Shown: piece after piece, positions 1 through 13,759 of the stretch
Layout: every line of letters starts with the position of its first letter
How positions within the stretch are numbered: the first letter of the stretch is position 1
NCBI RefSeq assembly: GCF_006345805.1
Contig: NC_043000.1
Span: forward strand, 44,144,001 to 44,208,000
From: Octopus sinensis
Lineage: Eukaryota
Reading direction: 5' to 3'
DNA: 64,000 nt
Position numbers and translations under genes: made by a program
The notes under the pieces: generated by a model
Database searches by the model: none
The model's input: only the letters and a program-made list of their open reading frames with translations
Told to the model about the DNA's origin: nothing

Positions 1-1797
1 TGGATATGTAGGCAAATATAGATAAGAAGAAAGATAGCTACATAGGTAATACGGACGACATGTACATACACATAAATGCACAAAATGAGACGGAAATATG
101 ATCATATACACACACGCACATTCCACATACACACGCATAAATACACACATATATACATACATAAATGTGCGTATACACATGTACACTGACGCGCAAACAC
201 GAGTAAAAACAAACAAATAAGAACGTAGCTCCGAAAACGGACAGATTCAACGACTGTTGAAAATTTGCAAGAATCAACGAAAATTTTATAAAAATATTAG
301 AAATAAATAAGTAAATGAGTGGAGTTTGAACCGGTGAGAGTGTTGATTAATAAGGCATTAAAACAGAATGACAGAGAAAAACGTTGTGTGGGGTATAATC
401 GAATTAAACGAGGATGAATTGGCCGACACTTATGAAAATGAAATAGAGAGAAAAGTATTTATAAAGGTGGTGATATGAAGAAGAAACTGAATGTGTATAT
501 TTAATAACTGGTATTGAATATGTTTATTCAGTGTGGTTCAATTGCCTGTATGTCCAAGAATATGCTAAAATCATGAGCTCTGATATCCTTTATGTTATAG
601 CATACTTTTCATAGGAAATCCACATATCGCCATCAATCGTCTTGTGCTCCAGTTTAAAATCTCAAGAGACACGAACGTTAAGGTAAAACTACTTGAAAGA
701 AGTCTACGCAGGAATTTTTGAAAACGTGTACTTAATTACTTCCGAAGAAAATTGTAAAATCCTGAAAGATTAATGAACTAATGTTTTAGACAGGAAAGCA
801 GAAAATTTGAAACAGTTACATTCTATGATCTAGCTATGAGGAAAGGGAAAATTATATCTCAAACAAATACGTCAAGAAATTCGTTTAGTTAAGCACATGA
901 CGTTACTGAAGGTTAAAAGCACACCGAAACAGTGCAATATATGAACTGCTTTATTGAGAAAATTTGAAAAGTAAATAGACTGCAATCATAGAACTGAATT
1001 TTGGCCAGTGGTGAATGGTTCACAAGTATTAGTGTAACAGGTAAATACAAATTCAGAAAGCTCTGAAATTAGAATTCATTGCCTTACTGGAAACCGAAGT
1101 ACCTATGTTTTTCTATATAGATGTATGGTTACACTTCAGCAAGATTGTTTCCGTTTGGAAAGATACACTGCAGTCATGATGATAGCTATGTAGACAGGTA
1201 GCAAAACTAAATATAACTGTCATTTGACAGGTTCTACATTGCAGAAATGTGTAACGATCTATTTTACACCAGTTCAGAACGTTTAGACGAAGCAGATATC
1301 TCCCGCCAGGATAAGTTCTTTGCAATGTTTGTATATACGTCTAAGATTATATCCGATTATATCTAAAAATCAAGGCTTTAGATATATATGCGCAGAAATG
1401 TCAGTTTAAGGTATTCATAAAAAGATATGAAAACGTGTAATTTCAAGAATAAATTTAAGTTCAAGTAAATATCTTCGATCTTAGCACCTACGCATAGAAA
1501 CAGAATTCAAGAATCTATTAAATAGAGAACATCAGGTATATGTAACACTTGAACACATACTCCATGTAAGATGCAGTGTCATATTCTAAGTTATTTTACT
1601 AACATTGTATACGCCAACACACAGGCGTACTACGTAACTCAGTAACTAATAAAATCTTATACGTATGTATGCGTGTGAATGTTCATTTATACAAGTATGT
1701 ATTTCTCTCCCTCCCTCTTTCCATCTCTCTCTCCTCTACCCCGTCTCTCCTCATTCTCTCTCTCAAAATATATACATATATATATATGTATATGTAA

Positions 1798-1832
<35 letters not shown>

Positions 1833-2289
1833 TATAAAGTGTGTATGTGTGAGAAAGACAAAATTTCAGTAGCAGAGGCAAAATCTGAAAAATGGAAAGC
1901 GATATGTGTGTACGTGAGTGTGCGTATGTGTTCGTGCGTGCGTTTGTGCGTCTATTTATGTATCTATGTAAAGAAAATGAGGAGGAGGAGCTCATATTTG
2001 CAGCATTTTCAGATTTTCAAAGATATTTCTTATGTTGCCATCATTAAACTGAGAAGTGATGAGTAAAACTGCTAAAACGTTGATGGTAGAAAAGTTTTTG
2101 AGAAATAGAATATACGAAAATTAAAATTAAAACGAAAATAAAAATAAAACACATTTCAAACATTATATGAAAGAAAAGTATATATCAACTAAATCAATAA
2201 ATACATAAGTTTTCCATTTTTGTTAATGCTTACACAGTTTTGTGTTTTGTAAACGAGAAAAAGAAACCGACTGAAATGAAATCGATTAT

Positions 2290-2294
2290 TGTTG

Positions 2295-2342
<48 letters not shown>

Positions 2343-2407
2343 TATTATTATTATTATTATTATCATCATCATCATCATCATCATCATCATTATTATTATT
2401 ATTATTA

Positions 2408-2448
<41 letters not shown>

Positions 2449-2450
2449 TT
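2290..2450. repeat. Compound (TTA)n/(TCA)n microsatellite
   Basis: Seen directly in the sequence. Confidence 0.95.
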
Positions 2451-2829
2451 TCTTAGTTTAATTTTTTCTGGTTTATGATTACGAAAGTACGTATGACAAA
2501 TTTAGCAAGTTTAAAAGAAAAAGCCTGTTGATTTTACAGATAAAAAATCAACTTTGTGTTAACAAAAAATATTTGTTTATTTCTATCTTTCCAATCATGT
2601 GATATTTAAATGTGTTAACTGTTTAACTAAGTCTCATATATCTATACATCAGAGGAAAATTCTCAATCTCTCTTTTAAGTATTTCTTGTTCATTATATGC
2701 TGGACATTTTATTATGATTTTTACTTAAAATTCTTAGTGTTTTTCCTAACATTTTCAAGTAACATTTATTCTTATTAGCATAGTGATAGTGTTGCTTACA
2801 CTGAAAAAGGCAAAATGTGTTGCAGTGTA

Positions 2830-3250
2830 ACTACACTTCGACTCCTACACCTTCGCTTCGTCAAGGCTCTTTCACCTTTATTTTTACTCACTACTACGCC
2901 ATATTTATATCTACCAGCTTTTCCATTGTATTCATGAATTCCTCCCCATTATCATGATTATTGCTGCTGTTTTTATTATATTCTCTTCTCCCCTTGTTCA
3001 TGATATTTTGTACCATATTATTGAGTGTTTCCTCCCTTTCTATATTGCATCTTAGTATTTCAGATCAGCAATCTCCATTTTGTTGATATATTTCTCACAT
3101 GGTGTTCGAAGCTCGCATACCTAGCAATGAGTGCAAATAAATTTATGCATAATTTGGTTAATATAATTTTCAACCAGAATACCGATGTGAGCATCCACTT
3201 AGTTCCCTTCCATTCTGTTCACTATACTACGAAATTTAATGCATCTTATC
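2830..3250 (-). mobile_element. Degraded RTE-type LINE 3' fragment
   Basis: Minus-strand translation, with a frameshift, gives KYINKMEIADLKILRCNIEREETLNNMVQNIMNKGRRE...GVVVSKNKGERALTKRR. This resembles the RTE C-terminal 'LEAAEMWILRR...VTGKIEGKRARGR' pattern. Confidence 0.4.
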
Positions 3251-5520
3251 TATAAAAATATAGGTTTTCATTTCCATCTAAATATTATAGACCTGCTAAT
3301 GATTCCATTGACGTAAAACACTTAGCTGTCATGTATGGGATTTACAGAGGGACTGATTCAGGAATTGCGATAACAATTGCTGATTACAGCCTTAAATATA
3401 AAAAGAAAACTTTTCATAAAACGTTTTCTTATTTGGTTCAAAAAACATTTTCCCTAAAATACGTCTAATAACTATTGAAGGGCTTTTCAAATAATAGTGA
3501 TAATGTCTTCAAATTATCTATCTTAATAAATTCAAATAATAAAATAAAAACAAAGATTTTCACAGAAAAAATATAAGGATATCATGGTAGTGCGCTTGCT
3601 TGATAATATTAAAAATTTTGGAAGTGCTTCTGGTTGTTTACGTTAGGATTTTCCATAACAAGAGTAAAATAACCCGATTTTGAAGTATTAAGCTCAGAAT
3701 AAAGAACAAAAGCTCAGACACAACAGAAAACAAATAAATAGGTCATATTACATTGTATGTGAATATTGCGCCCATCCCGAAATGATTTAGTACATATTCC
3801 AATAATGGTGGCGTATTCGGCTATATGATATATTTATTCTAATATCAACGAGAATTATACTTCGCCATTTTTAATTTTCTACCTGAGGAAAATATCTACA
3901 AACTTTCTATCGATTGATTCGAACTTGCATAACTGATGTTCAGTAGTTATAGATACAACGTATATGTTCTCAAATATGAGAGACAATGCATGAAATATTT
4001 GTAAATGTTAATTGTAGACCTAGATCACAATATTCTCAATAAGTGCTAATTTGCACCTTAGCTGACATTGTGGTACTTGTTTCATGAATACAGGCAAAAA
4101 GTTACAGACTGATTCCAGAGTAACCCTACTAATAAATACTTTACAGCGAGACAACTTTCCTGAAGATATTATACTGTGTATGTTTTCAAATATCTTCCAT
4201 TTCCTAATGAATAACGTCACTTTGCATTGTGACATAACTGTGGAACATACTGAATGTTGCAACACATATTTTGCTTTATATCACGAAGAACGTAATTTGG
4301 TGTTTTTCATTATTATCGTGGTTTATTTAGTTGTGAAAAATATATGACAAAGAACCCTCAGGGTTTTACATCCTAACTGGGGTCAGAGATTTTTTCTTTT
4401 CTATCGCAAATCCTTATGTCGTCAGAACTAAACCTCATACATGGAAGAACCAGATTTAGTAAATACTCAAAATTAAGCAAACATACAAAGTGGATATTGT
4501 AATCTAGGCGAGGAAGTTAATAATTTTAGGATCTGTTTCAACCCAATTTCTACATATTATTTATATTAGATATTAGATACTCAACCAGTGAACCAAAATT
4601 AGTCACTTTAGAAGAGTTGGTCATATAAAAATATCTCTGTGAGAATGTGATGAAATATATTCGATGTTAACCTCAAGTCTATGATACAAATTAACTGAAG
4701 TTAGATTATTTAATAGAGCAGAAATATTTATATGTAAACTGGTTTAGGTAAACGGGTGTAGATAATCAAAAGAGTTTCACATGTCGTTAAAATATTTCAA
4801 TCACAAACATAAATACTTGTCATAAATAATTCAAATATGTACACATTTTACGCATGTTTTCACATCCAAACAGTCTTCAAATATCCAGTTATCTTTAAAC
4901 ATTCGTTAGAGTTTGCAGTGCAAAATTAACGTTATATTGTATTCTACAACAGAGACGTTACACGCGATTCATAGAAATGGAAATTTTAAGATTGCCCTAA
5001 ATTTCGTAGCGTAAGAACTATATCCAACTTCAAAGAGTTTTGAGAAAATTGGATATCTCAAAAATTTATTTCTCTGAATAGCCGGAAGGGTGAAAAACTT
5101 TGGCAAAGTATTTGATGAAATAAATGCATGCATGCAGCGTTCGTATATCATAATGTCGAGAAGGTGTATTAAAATTGAGGTGTACTTAACAATTAAACTA
5201 TTTCAGTGAACTTTTCGTATTTCGAATTAATGCAGGCATGTGAGCAACTTGTTTATTAACTACCATAATATAAGCAATTTACGTATTTTGGACTAACGAA
5301 ACAAATGTGTAGTGATTGTTCAATGTTTATTCCTAACTAAAATTCGTCTTTGCATTCTCCTTATTCTTTCTTTTTATGCATATTACCATATCATATTAGA
5401 TTTGATATGGTAATATCAAATCTCATATATAAGATTTATGATATGACAAACAACGGAACTTTCTTTATGAATACTACCGTATTATTTGAATCTATATAGC
5501 ATGGCTTATATAACTACATC

Positions 5521-5820
5521 TATCTATCTCTATATATATAAAGGTGAGAATGTGTGTGTGTGTGTGTCTGTCTGTCTGTGTGAATCCCTAAAACTTGAGA
5601 ACTACACAACAAATTTCATTCAAAGTTTACACATGCCTTACCTAGGGTCCATGTAGTGTCAGACGCCCCAAATATGTTTACCTTCTTGCCTAGTGCGAGT
5701 CCACAGTAATATCATATCTTCGCCACTATTTCAGTATTACGTGTCAACAGTGAAACACTAACATCTCTCTATTGTAATGTCGGCTTTTTCACTTTAATAC
5801 TGAAACTATTAAACTATAGG
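5521..5820 (+). mobile_element. Non-autonomous Helitron-like repeat
   Basis: Starts TCTATATATATAAA followed by (GT)n/(GTCT)n, an architecture typical of non-autonomous Helitron-like elements. A similar start occurs near 9075, and related GTCT-containing tandem copies lie at about 12236-12830. Confidence 0.35.
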
Positions 5821-5843
5821 CATATGTATATATATATATATAT

Positions 5844-5896
<53 letters not shown>

Positions 5897-6150
5897 GTAT
5901 ATATATATATAGATGTAAATATATATATATATATACATGTATATATATATATATATATATAGATGTAATATATATATATATATAATATATATATATATAT
6001 GTATGTATATATATATATATGTATGTATATATATATATAGATGTATATATATATAGATGTATATATATATATTACACACACGCACACATATATACATGCA
6101 TGTATATATACACCCATATAAAAATATATACACATACACACATATACATA

Positions 6151-6475
6151 GGTGCAGCTGTGGCTGTGTGGTAAAAAACGTGGTTCCAAAATACATAGTC
6201 CTGGGTTCAGTCCCACTGTGTGGTGACTTGGCATGCTATAGCCTCAGACAAGCCAAAGCCTTGTGAGTGGATTTCGTATACAGAAACTGAAAGAAATCAA
6301 TCGCATATATAATGTATATATGCAAACCTATGTGTGTGCCCTTGTCTCAGTGTTTCTCCCTCATCACTGCTTTATAACTGTTGTTCGTTTATTTACATCC
6401 CCATAATTTGCTGATTTGACAAGAAGAAACTGATAGAATAAGTACCAGGCTTATCAAAATAAAAAAGCACTAGGG
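6151..6475 (+). mobile_element. tRNA-derived SINE, family A (diverged copy)
   Basis: Head GGCTGTGTGGTAA...GGGTTCAGTCCCACTG (A/B-box-like); colinear with the copies at 19909, 41960 and 50668. Confidence 0.8.
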
Positions 6476-6533
6476 TGTGTCTCATATTTTTCTTTGCCCA
6501 GTCTGTTGTATGTATCAATCTATCTTTTTGTGC

Positions 6534-6568
<35 letters not shown>

Positions 6569-6570
<2 letters not shown>

Positions 6571-7695
6571 TGAATTGAAGAAATGGAGCTGAACGCAGAT
6601 TGAACAGAAATCGTTTTATTTCATTCTACACGTGTTTCGAAAGGCACAAATTACCAAAATCCGATTGAATAAGGACCATATTGTGTCTTTCTCTTCAGGA
6701 AGAAAAAGGAAATCCGTTGGAAAAACAAAACAGAACAGAGGTGGAGCAAAAACAAATCGAACTATGCTCCTAAGAGCCCATGGCGAAACTGTTTATCAGT
6801 GTAATGTGAGAACCGGTGGCTGAAGAATTCAACGGGTCAGGCATCGGTCAATCATGTGGGTGAGGGGGCGTATAGATGTTCTTAGTGACCGAGAATAAAG
6901 TTCTGACTATTTAAGGAATATTGGATGTTTTATAAGGGGCGAGAAAAAATCTACTTAGAGACGTGTGTGTGTGTATACTGTTCTATATATGTGTGTGTTG
7001 GCGTAGGGTAGAAAACATTGTTTGTGTACGTGTGTGCGTTTGATCGTTCGGCTGTCAGTGGCTACTGCCGAGAGAACCGTTGGGTGGCAGAAAGAAAAAA
7101 ATATATATATATTATGTTTTATGTGTGTGTGTGTTCATCTAAGCCTGCCTGTCAAGAAACCCCCCGCTGTGAAAAAACCAAGCCCCGTTGTCTTACAGGA
7201 GTAATTCCCCTTGCAGTGGTTAATCGTAGATATCTTAAAGGCTATTTCAGATTTGTTACCAAGGGCTATGGGTGCCGGTATTATTTATAAACGCTATTTA
7301 AAAGCCAGATAAGTAAACGCTGCCAATGGGGGCATCGAAAAGCCGACTGTAAGAGCCCGTTTACCATCCGGCCTCTGGCAAACAAATATGGAAGAGTTCG
7401 GAGACACAAGGTTGCCACTGTCTTCTGCCCCTATCAAATGGGAGGGCCCCGACAAAATTGACCATTCCAGCCTATAGCTTAAGTTCGTATCCTTCAGTCG
7501 CCATATTAGCTTACTGAGTCCCGTGGTCTGGCGCTTGTTCATGTCCCGAAAAGTCGCGTAATGGTTGGAGACACGCAAAGACAATCTTGAGGATGATGCC
7601 CCACATAAGTGAAGACATCTGAGTCCGTGTAAACCTTGCATTGGTAGACGGAATTTTTTGATCTTGGAGTTCGCCGACGTGAATCTTATTCTGCT
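6569..7695 (-). mobile_element. Penelope-like element, 5'-truncated, left arm of palindrome
   Basis: Reverse complement of 7703-8834. Encodes the GIY-YIG C-terminus (ORF 7294-7740: NHYATFRDMNKRQTTGLSKLIWRLKDTNLSYRLEWSIL). Confidence 0.9.
6618..6708 (-). ncRNA. Type I hammerhead ribozyme motif
   Basis: Inverted copy of the motif at 8693-8785. Confidence 0.8.
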
Positions 7696-7702
7696 TAATC
7701 CT

Positions 7703-8106
7703 AGCAGAATAAGATTCACGTCGGCGAACTCCAAGATCAAAAACGCCGTCTACAATGCAAGGTTTACACGGACTCAGATGTCTTCACTTATGTAGGGGCA
7801 TCATCCTCAAGATTGTCTTTGCGTGTCTCCAACCATTACGTAACTTTTCGGGACATGAACAAGCGCCAGACCACGGGACTCAGTAAGCTAATATGGCGAC
7901 TGAAGGATACGAACTTAAGCTATAGGCTGGAATGGTCAATTTTGTTGGTGGCCCTCCCATTTGATGGGGCAGAAGACAGTGCAACCTTTGTGTCTCCGAA
8001 CTCTTCCATATTTTGTTTGCCAGAAGGCCGGATGGTAAACGGGCTCTTACAGTCGGCTTTTCGATGCCCCCATTGGCAGCGTTACACTTATCTGGCTTTT
8101 AAATAG
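7703..8106 (+). pseudogene. PLE GIY-YIG endonuclease fragment (frameshifted)
   Basis: Combining both arms gives VYQCKVYTDSDVFTYVGASSSRLSLRVSNHY...LSKLIWRLKD...EWSIL...RRQCNLCVSELFHIL...RCPHWQRYTYLAFK*. It has VY and YVG motifs, the R...H motif, and the PLE CxxC...H tail. Confidence 0.85.
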
Positions 8107-8692
8107 CGTTTATAAATAATACCGGCACCCATAGCCCTTGGTAACAAATTCTGAAATAGCCTTTAAGATATCTATGATTAACCACTGCAAGTAGAATTAC
8201 TCCTGTAAGACAAACGGGGCTTGGTTTTTTCACAGCGGGGGGTTTCCTTGACAAGGCAGGCTTAGATGAACCACACACACATAAAAAACATAATATATAT
8301 ATATTTTTCTTTCTGCCACCCAACGGTTCTCTCGGCAGTAGCCACTGACAGCCGAACGATCAAACGCACACACGTACACAAACAATGTTTTCTACCCCTA
8401 CGCCAACACACACATATATAGAACAGTATACACACACACACGCTCTAAGTAGAATTTTTCTCGCCCCTTATAAAACATCCATATTCCTTAAATAGTCAGA
8501 ACTTTATTCTCGGTCACTAAGAACATCTATACGCCCTCACCCACATGATTGACCGATGCCTGACCCGTTGAATTCTTCAGCCACCGGTTCTCAACATACA
8601 CTGATAAACAGTTTCGCCATGGGCTCTTAGGAGCATAGTTCGATTTGTTTTTGCTCCGCCTCTGTTCTGTTTTTGTTTTTCCAACGGATTTC

Positions 8693-8785
8693 CTTTTTTC
8701 TTCCTGAAGAGAAAGACACAATATGGTCCCATTATTCAATCGGATTTTGGTAATTTGTGCCTTTCGAAACACGTGTAGAATGAAT
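8693..8785 (+). ncRNA. Type I hammerhead ribozyme motif
   Basis: ttcttc-CTGAAGA-gaaagacaca...tgtgcctttc-GAAAC-acgt-GTA-gaatgaa: core boxes, paired helix II, palindromic helix III (ACACGTGT), GUA triplet, helix I pairing. Confidence 0.8.
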
Positions 8786-8994
8786 AAAACGATTTCTGTT
8801 CAATCTGCGTTCAGCTCCATTTCTTCAATTCACCATAATGTTTTAATTTCAATTATCCGCACCAACGCACGGTTGCAGCGCCAGATGGTTGTACCTCCAA
8901 CCGTGCTGTTTACTGCTGTGATTTTTGCTACTAAGGTATCGGTTAAACTTTTGATTAATCTACTACAAGATTATTCATCTTTCTATTTCACATA

Positions 8995-9028
<34 letters not shown>

Positions 9029-10081
9029 TACACACACGCACACATATATACATGTAAGTATATGTGCATATTCATATCTATTATATAAAAGTCAATGTCT
9101 TTATTTGTGTTCGTATGTTCCTTATACATTCACAATCTACTGCACCGATCCTAATGAAATTTTGAAGGCAAAATCCAATCCTTGGGAGAAGGGTAATTCT
9201 GTCTTTTTCATATAATTACATGGACCAAAATTACTGAATGGATCCTTATGATATTTGAAACTTCGATTCAATGCATAAGAGCGGATATAATGCACTATGT
9301 TTGGTTTGAATTTCAGATGGCTTAAAGTGGGGCAGAACCCCCATGAAAATTCTTAAATTATCGATGTTGATGAAATTTCAACCATAGGTAATTAACACAC
9401 ATCAAGAACAATTCTCAAAGTTTCCACTTTACATGATGATTCTAAGACCCCCAATGGGAGCCTTAACTCCCAAATTTTAGTCATTTTTTATGATCCAAAA
9501 CGAAGTCAAATGTACTGAATGGAAATTATATTCTATGCATAAGGGTCATAACCCCCAGAAAATTCATATATTTTTGCTGTTGATGAAATTTTAATCATAA
9601 ATATAAGACACAAATGAAGTAATATGTCTAAAATTTCATTTTCTTAAAAGTAAGAAAGACGTAACCCACAATTTAGTCATTTTATCTAAGCAAAGACGAA
9701 TAGCGTTGTACTGATTTCAAGGCCTTCTCAGATGCGTGACTGGTTATTCAGAGACATTTATCGATTTTAAATTATTCTGTCCAATTACCTATCGGTATAG
9801 TGGTCATTTGCAAACTTCAGATGTGACATCATTTCCCCTTAGCCCTCACGTCACACAACTGTTAATGTTTGAATTTGTTCACGCTCTTACAATTGCCTGT
9901 CACCTATATGGTGAGGAACCCAGTGAACATACATATATTTCCTATTTCAAAGAAATTCGAACAATAGATATAAGACCCAGGTTCAAAAGGTTCTCAACAA
10001 TTCAACTTCTCTGGTTGACACCCACTCGCAATAGGAGCCTTAACTCCCACATTTTAGAGCTCTGTGACCTGCATTTTTTCC

Positions 10082-10395
10082 GGAGCATGGCTCAGTGGTT
10101 AGAGCGTCGAGCCTACGATCGTGAGGTTGTGAGCTTGAATCCTGGACCTGGCTACTTGTTCTGTTCTTGAGCAAATCACTTTATTGCACGTTGCTCCAGT
10201 TTACTCATCTGTAGGAATTAGTTGCGACGTCACAGGTACGAAGCCTTTCCCTTGGATAACACTGGTGGCGTGGAGAGGGGAGGCTGGTATGCATGGGCGA
10301 CTGGTGGTCTTCCGTAAACAACATTGCCCGGGCTTGTGCTTGGGGGAGTAACTTTCTAGGTGCAGCCCCATGGTCAGTTTCGTTACCGAAGAGGG
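10082..10395 (+). mobile_element. tRNA-derived SINE, family B
   Basis: Head GGAGCATGGCTCAGTGGTTAGAGCGTCG...GAGCTTGAATCC with A- and B-box-like motifs, followed by a GC-richer body. Confidence 0.7.
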
Positions 10396-10796
10396 TCTCA
10401 ATATATATATATATATGTTCAGTAAAATATCGATTATGAATAAGTATCCTGAAATGTCCAAGTTAGAGGTATATAGGCAAAAGTGGTTGCGGTTTCCCAC
10501 AGAAGTAATTAGGTTTGGACAGACCTATTCTTTGTATACTTTTAAAATAAAATTGCATGCAAACTGCTACAATGACATAAATATTATCTCACATAAGACA
10601 TCCATACCTATTATGTTCGCTCAAGATTTCCGAATTATATTGAAGTACCTGCTATAATATTTTAGAAAGTGCCATTAATAGTAATTCAGTCGCAAAATAT
10701 GTTGTCTCATAAGCCCGATATATCTACGAACTTTTCAGAAATACATCTTAGAAAAAGGTACAAGATTTTCATGCGAAAAAAGGGGGAATAATAATA

Positions 10797-10912
10797 CAGT
10801 TCTATATTTAAGAGATGAGCAATTATGTACATTATTTATATTTGATGGATATTTGTCTTCATATTTGTCTTCATATCGACTGATATACCCTCCAACCTTC
10901 ATCAGGTGTCTT
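10797..10912 (-). mobile_element. Inverted PLE-type 3' tail with partial HHR
   Basis: Minus strand reads acacCTGATGAaggttggagggtatatcagtcGA...gacaaatatccatcaaat, homologous to 11281-11360 on the plus strand. Confidence 0.6.
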
Positions 10913-11360
<448 letters not shown>

Positions 11361-13160
11361 GTGTGAATAATTTCAGATAAAATCTAGTGAATATGTACAG
11401 ATTATATCAAATAGTTCAGTTATAAGAGATTGGTTTTACATCATTAGCTTAAATTTTCCTATCAACCTCTGGCAGAAATGTGTGATAATGTAGCTGAATA
11501 CCAGTCAACTAGAAAATTTGTGTAAAAATAAATTCTTTTTTCACCGATTAGTTTCCTAATATTAGTGAAATATTTAATACTAGAAAATGAAAATAACATA
11601 GAGAACGTAAACTGAAATATATGATCGCTTAAGAGTATATTTAAATTCAAATATTTTTATTGTTTAAAGTTATTTGTCTGCATATATAGAAAATATTGTC
11701 AGTCATGCACAAATAATTTTTCTGTTCCATTAACTTGAATGTAAAATTAAGAAACCATTAATAAAGGTGAGCTCCTTATATTTATGATATAAGATGATAC
11801 ATGTGTACTATTTTCCGTAACACATACAAAGTCATGCGCGCGTAAACGTACATGAATATATGTAATATTTATAAATTTTACATTATCGAACTGATTCTGA
11901 TGCAAAATTTTTATTTTCTCCAAGATATGCGGTGTGATTGCATTTCAGCAAAATAGATATTTCTATTATTTGTTTATACTTCTTCGTGGCTATATCGAAT
12001 TCGTTTCAAGAGTGAGATATTTATACGACACCACCGAGCAGCTAACACTGCAAAATAATGTCGTTTACCTTCACTTAGATCTGATTTCCTTCGGATACTA
12101 TTAAAGTATACTGTGATATTTGACGACATATGTTTTTAAAGGGTCCTTTCTTACTGGAAATATCGCAACAGATGCTTATGCTAAAGCTAACACGGTAACA
12201 ACGTCTGAAAGTGAAGTAAAATTTGCCACATACCTTACTATAATGGGTATTATGTCCTTCTTTCTTTTTGTTCTATCTTGACGTTCAAATGGCTGGACGA
12301 ATGGTCAGTTGTTTTTCGGGATTATGAAGGAGGTAATCAGGAAGGTTTTTAGAGAAAAAAAATGTGATAAAGTATGATTATTTAGTGGATATTGAATTTT
12401 AGATTAATAAATTCCTCTTTTTAGTTAAAATGCCGGGGATGCGGATTAACTCTGGATCCGCCCCACTCCGGTGGAATTTGTGAATTTAGAGGGTTTAGAT
12501 TTGTGAATTTGTGATACTGTCTCTGTTTCTTCCATCGTAGATAGGCATATTTGCTATCTTACTATAATGGGCGTTATGTCCGTCTGTCTGTCTGTTTGTC
12601 CGTCTCTTTGTCTGTTCCCTCTTCATGACCAGGCGGCTGGACCAATCGTTATGATATTTTTCGGGATTGCAAAGTCGACATGAAGGTTCTTAGCATTAAA
12701 TAATCAGAAAGTATGATTGTTTCGTAGATATCGATGTTTGAAAGGATAAACCACCTTCGCCTTTTTATTAAAAAGACACAGATCACGATTAACTCTGGAT
12801 TTTCACCGTATTGTTCGTGGCCCCATCGTAGATACGAAGAGGGTCGCGAGGATGTTTAATAGTAAAAATAAAATTGAAAAAATGCGTGTCAGTATATAAT
12901 GTGTGCAATTGTTTATTGGTTATGGAAGTACTTCAGTCTCGAGCAGAACTCGAAACGGTTAATCGAAGCGGCTGTTGTTTGCATCTCAGTCTTGTCAATC
13001 AAAATAATCCATGGTACCCGTACATCCAAACATTATTCGCATAGAAGACTGAGAGGTAAGTCATGGCTTGAGCGTTTGCAACCCTAAAGTTTCCGCTCGT
13101 GCATTCACGGAAAACAAGGCACACTACCAGACATTAGATCGTGTAAATGCATTTTTATTC

Positions 13161-13265
13161 ACACCGATGTTTCCACACGCTATTTGTAGAGCAACATACC
13201 GATGTTTACACACACTATGAGCAGAGCAACAGACCAATGTTTACACACGCTATGAGTAGAGCAAC
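13161..13265. repeat. 35-bp minisatellite, 3 copies
   Basis: Unit a(c/t/g)accgatgtttacacacgctatgagtagagcaac seen three times in tandem, with no spacers. Confidence 0.85.
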
Positions 13266-13759
13266 GGAATCCAGCAATTTGGAATTGTCCTCCAAACTGA
13301 AAATATCCTCTACCAAGAAGTTTCATTATCATATTGATATTATCGAAAGGAATATGATTCGTAATTTAAGCAAGAACATTTGTGAACTTTGAATATACTT
13401 AGTGTATATACAAGCATAAACTAGTATACATAACTAAAATAAAAGTATATCTAAGTAACAATTTTTCTTCATACTTCTTATGTAGTGGTGCAAAGAAGCT
13501 CTGGCTTTTCTTAGGAGTGGTCCTCAAGACCCTTCATGATACAGAGACTTTGAGCCTATTTCAGTTCGGCAGTGAATCGTCAGTATACATCAGTCGCAAA
13601 CACGTCATATAACTGCAATAGAATGATGTATCACCAACACTAACGTGATTTTTATAAGACATCACTCAGTAATCAGTCAAGTCCATTTACACATTTCTGA
13701 ACAAATACTGCTATTATTATTTCCCTCCCTCATTTTATGCCTTCATCGTAGATGGGTAG

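Larger units (their letters stand above)
7703..8995 (+). mobile_element. Penelope-like element, 5'-truncated, right arm of palindrome with about 160 bp 3' extension
   Basis: GIY-YIG coding region, then a 3' UTR with (CA)n, an HHR motif, and a tail ending at (TA)n. Confidence 0.9.

Noticed and set aside
690-1420. Coding-like stretch, possibly old LINE ORF1 or host exons
   Set aside because: Stops in all frames, the only plausible intron is about 33 nt, and no motif could be confirmed.
7294-7740. 148-aa ORF as a host protein
   Set aside because: It reads through the palindrome centre and is a frameshifted PLE endonuclease.
6569-8834. Palindrome as a pure fold-back read artefact
   Set aside because: Considered unlikely, though not excluded: symmetry ends exactly at the element boundary and the outer flanks differ, which fits PLE biology.
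13161-13265. CRISPR-like 35-bp repeat
   Set aside because: Units are directly tandem with no unique spacers, the context is eukaryotic, and there are no cas genes.
13470-13620. Minus-strand segment with good splice signals
   Set aside because: All three frames contain stops; at best a non-coding exon, with no supporting evidence.
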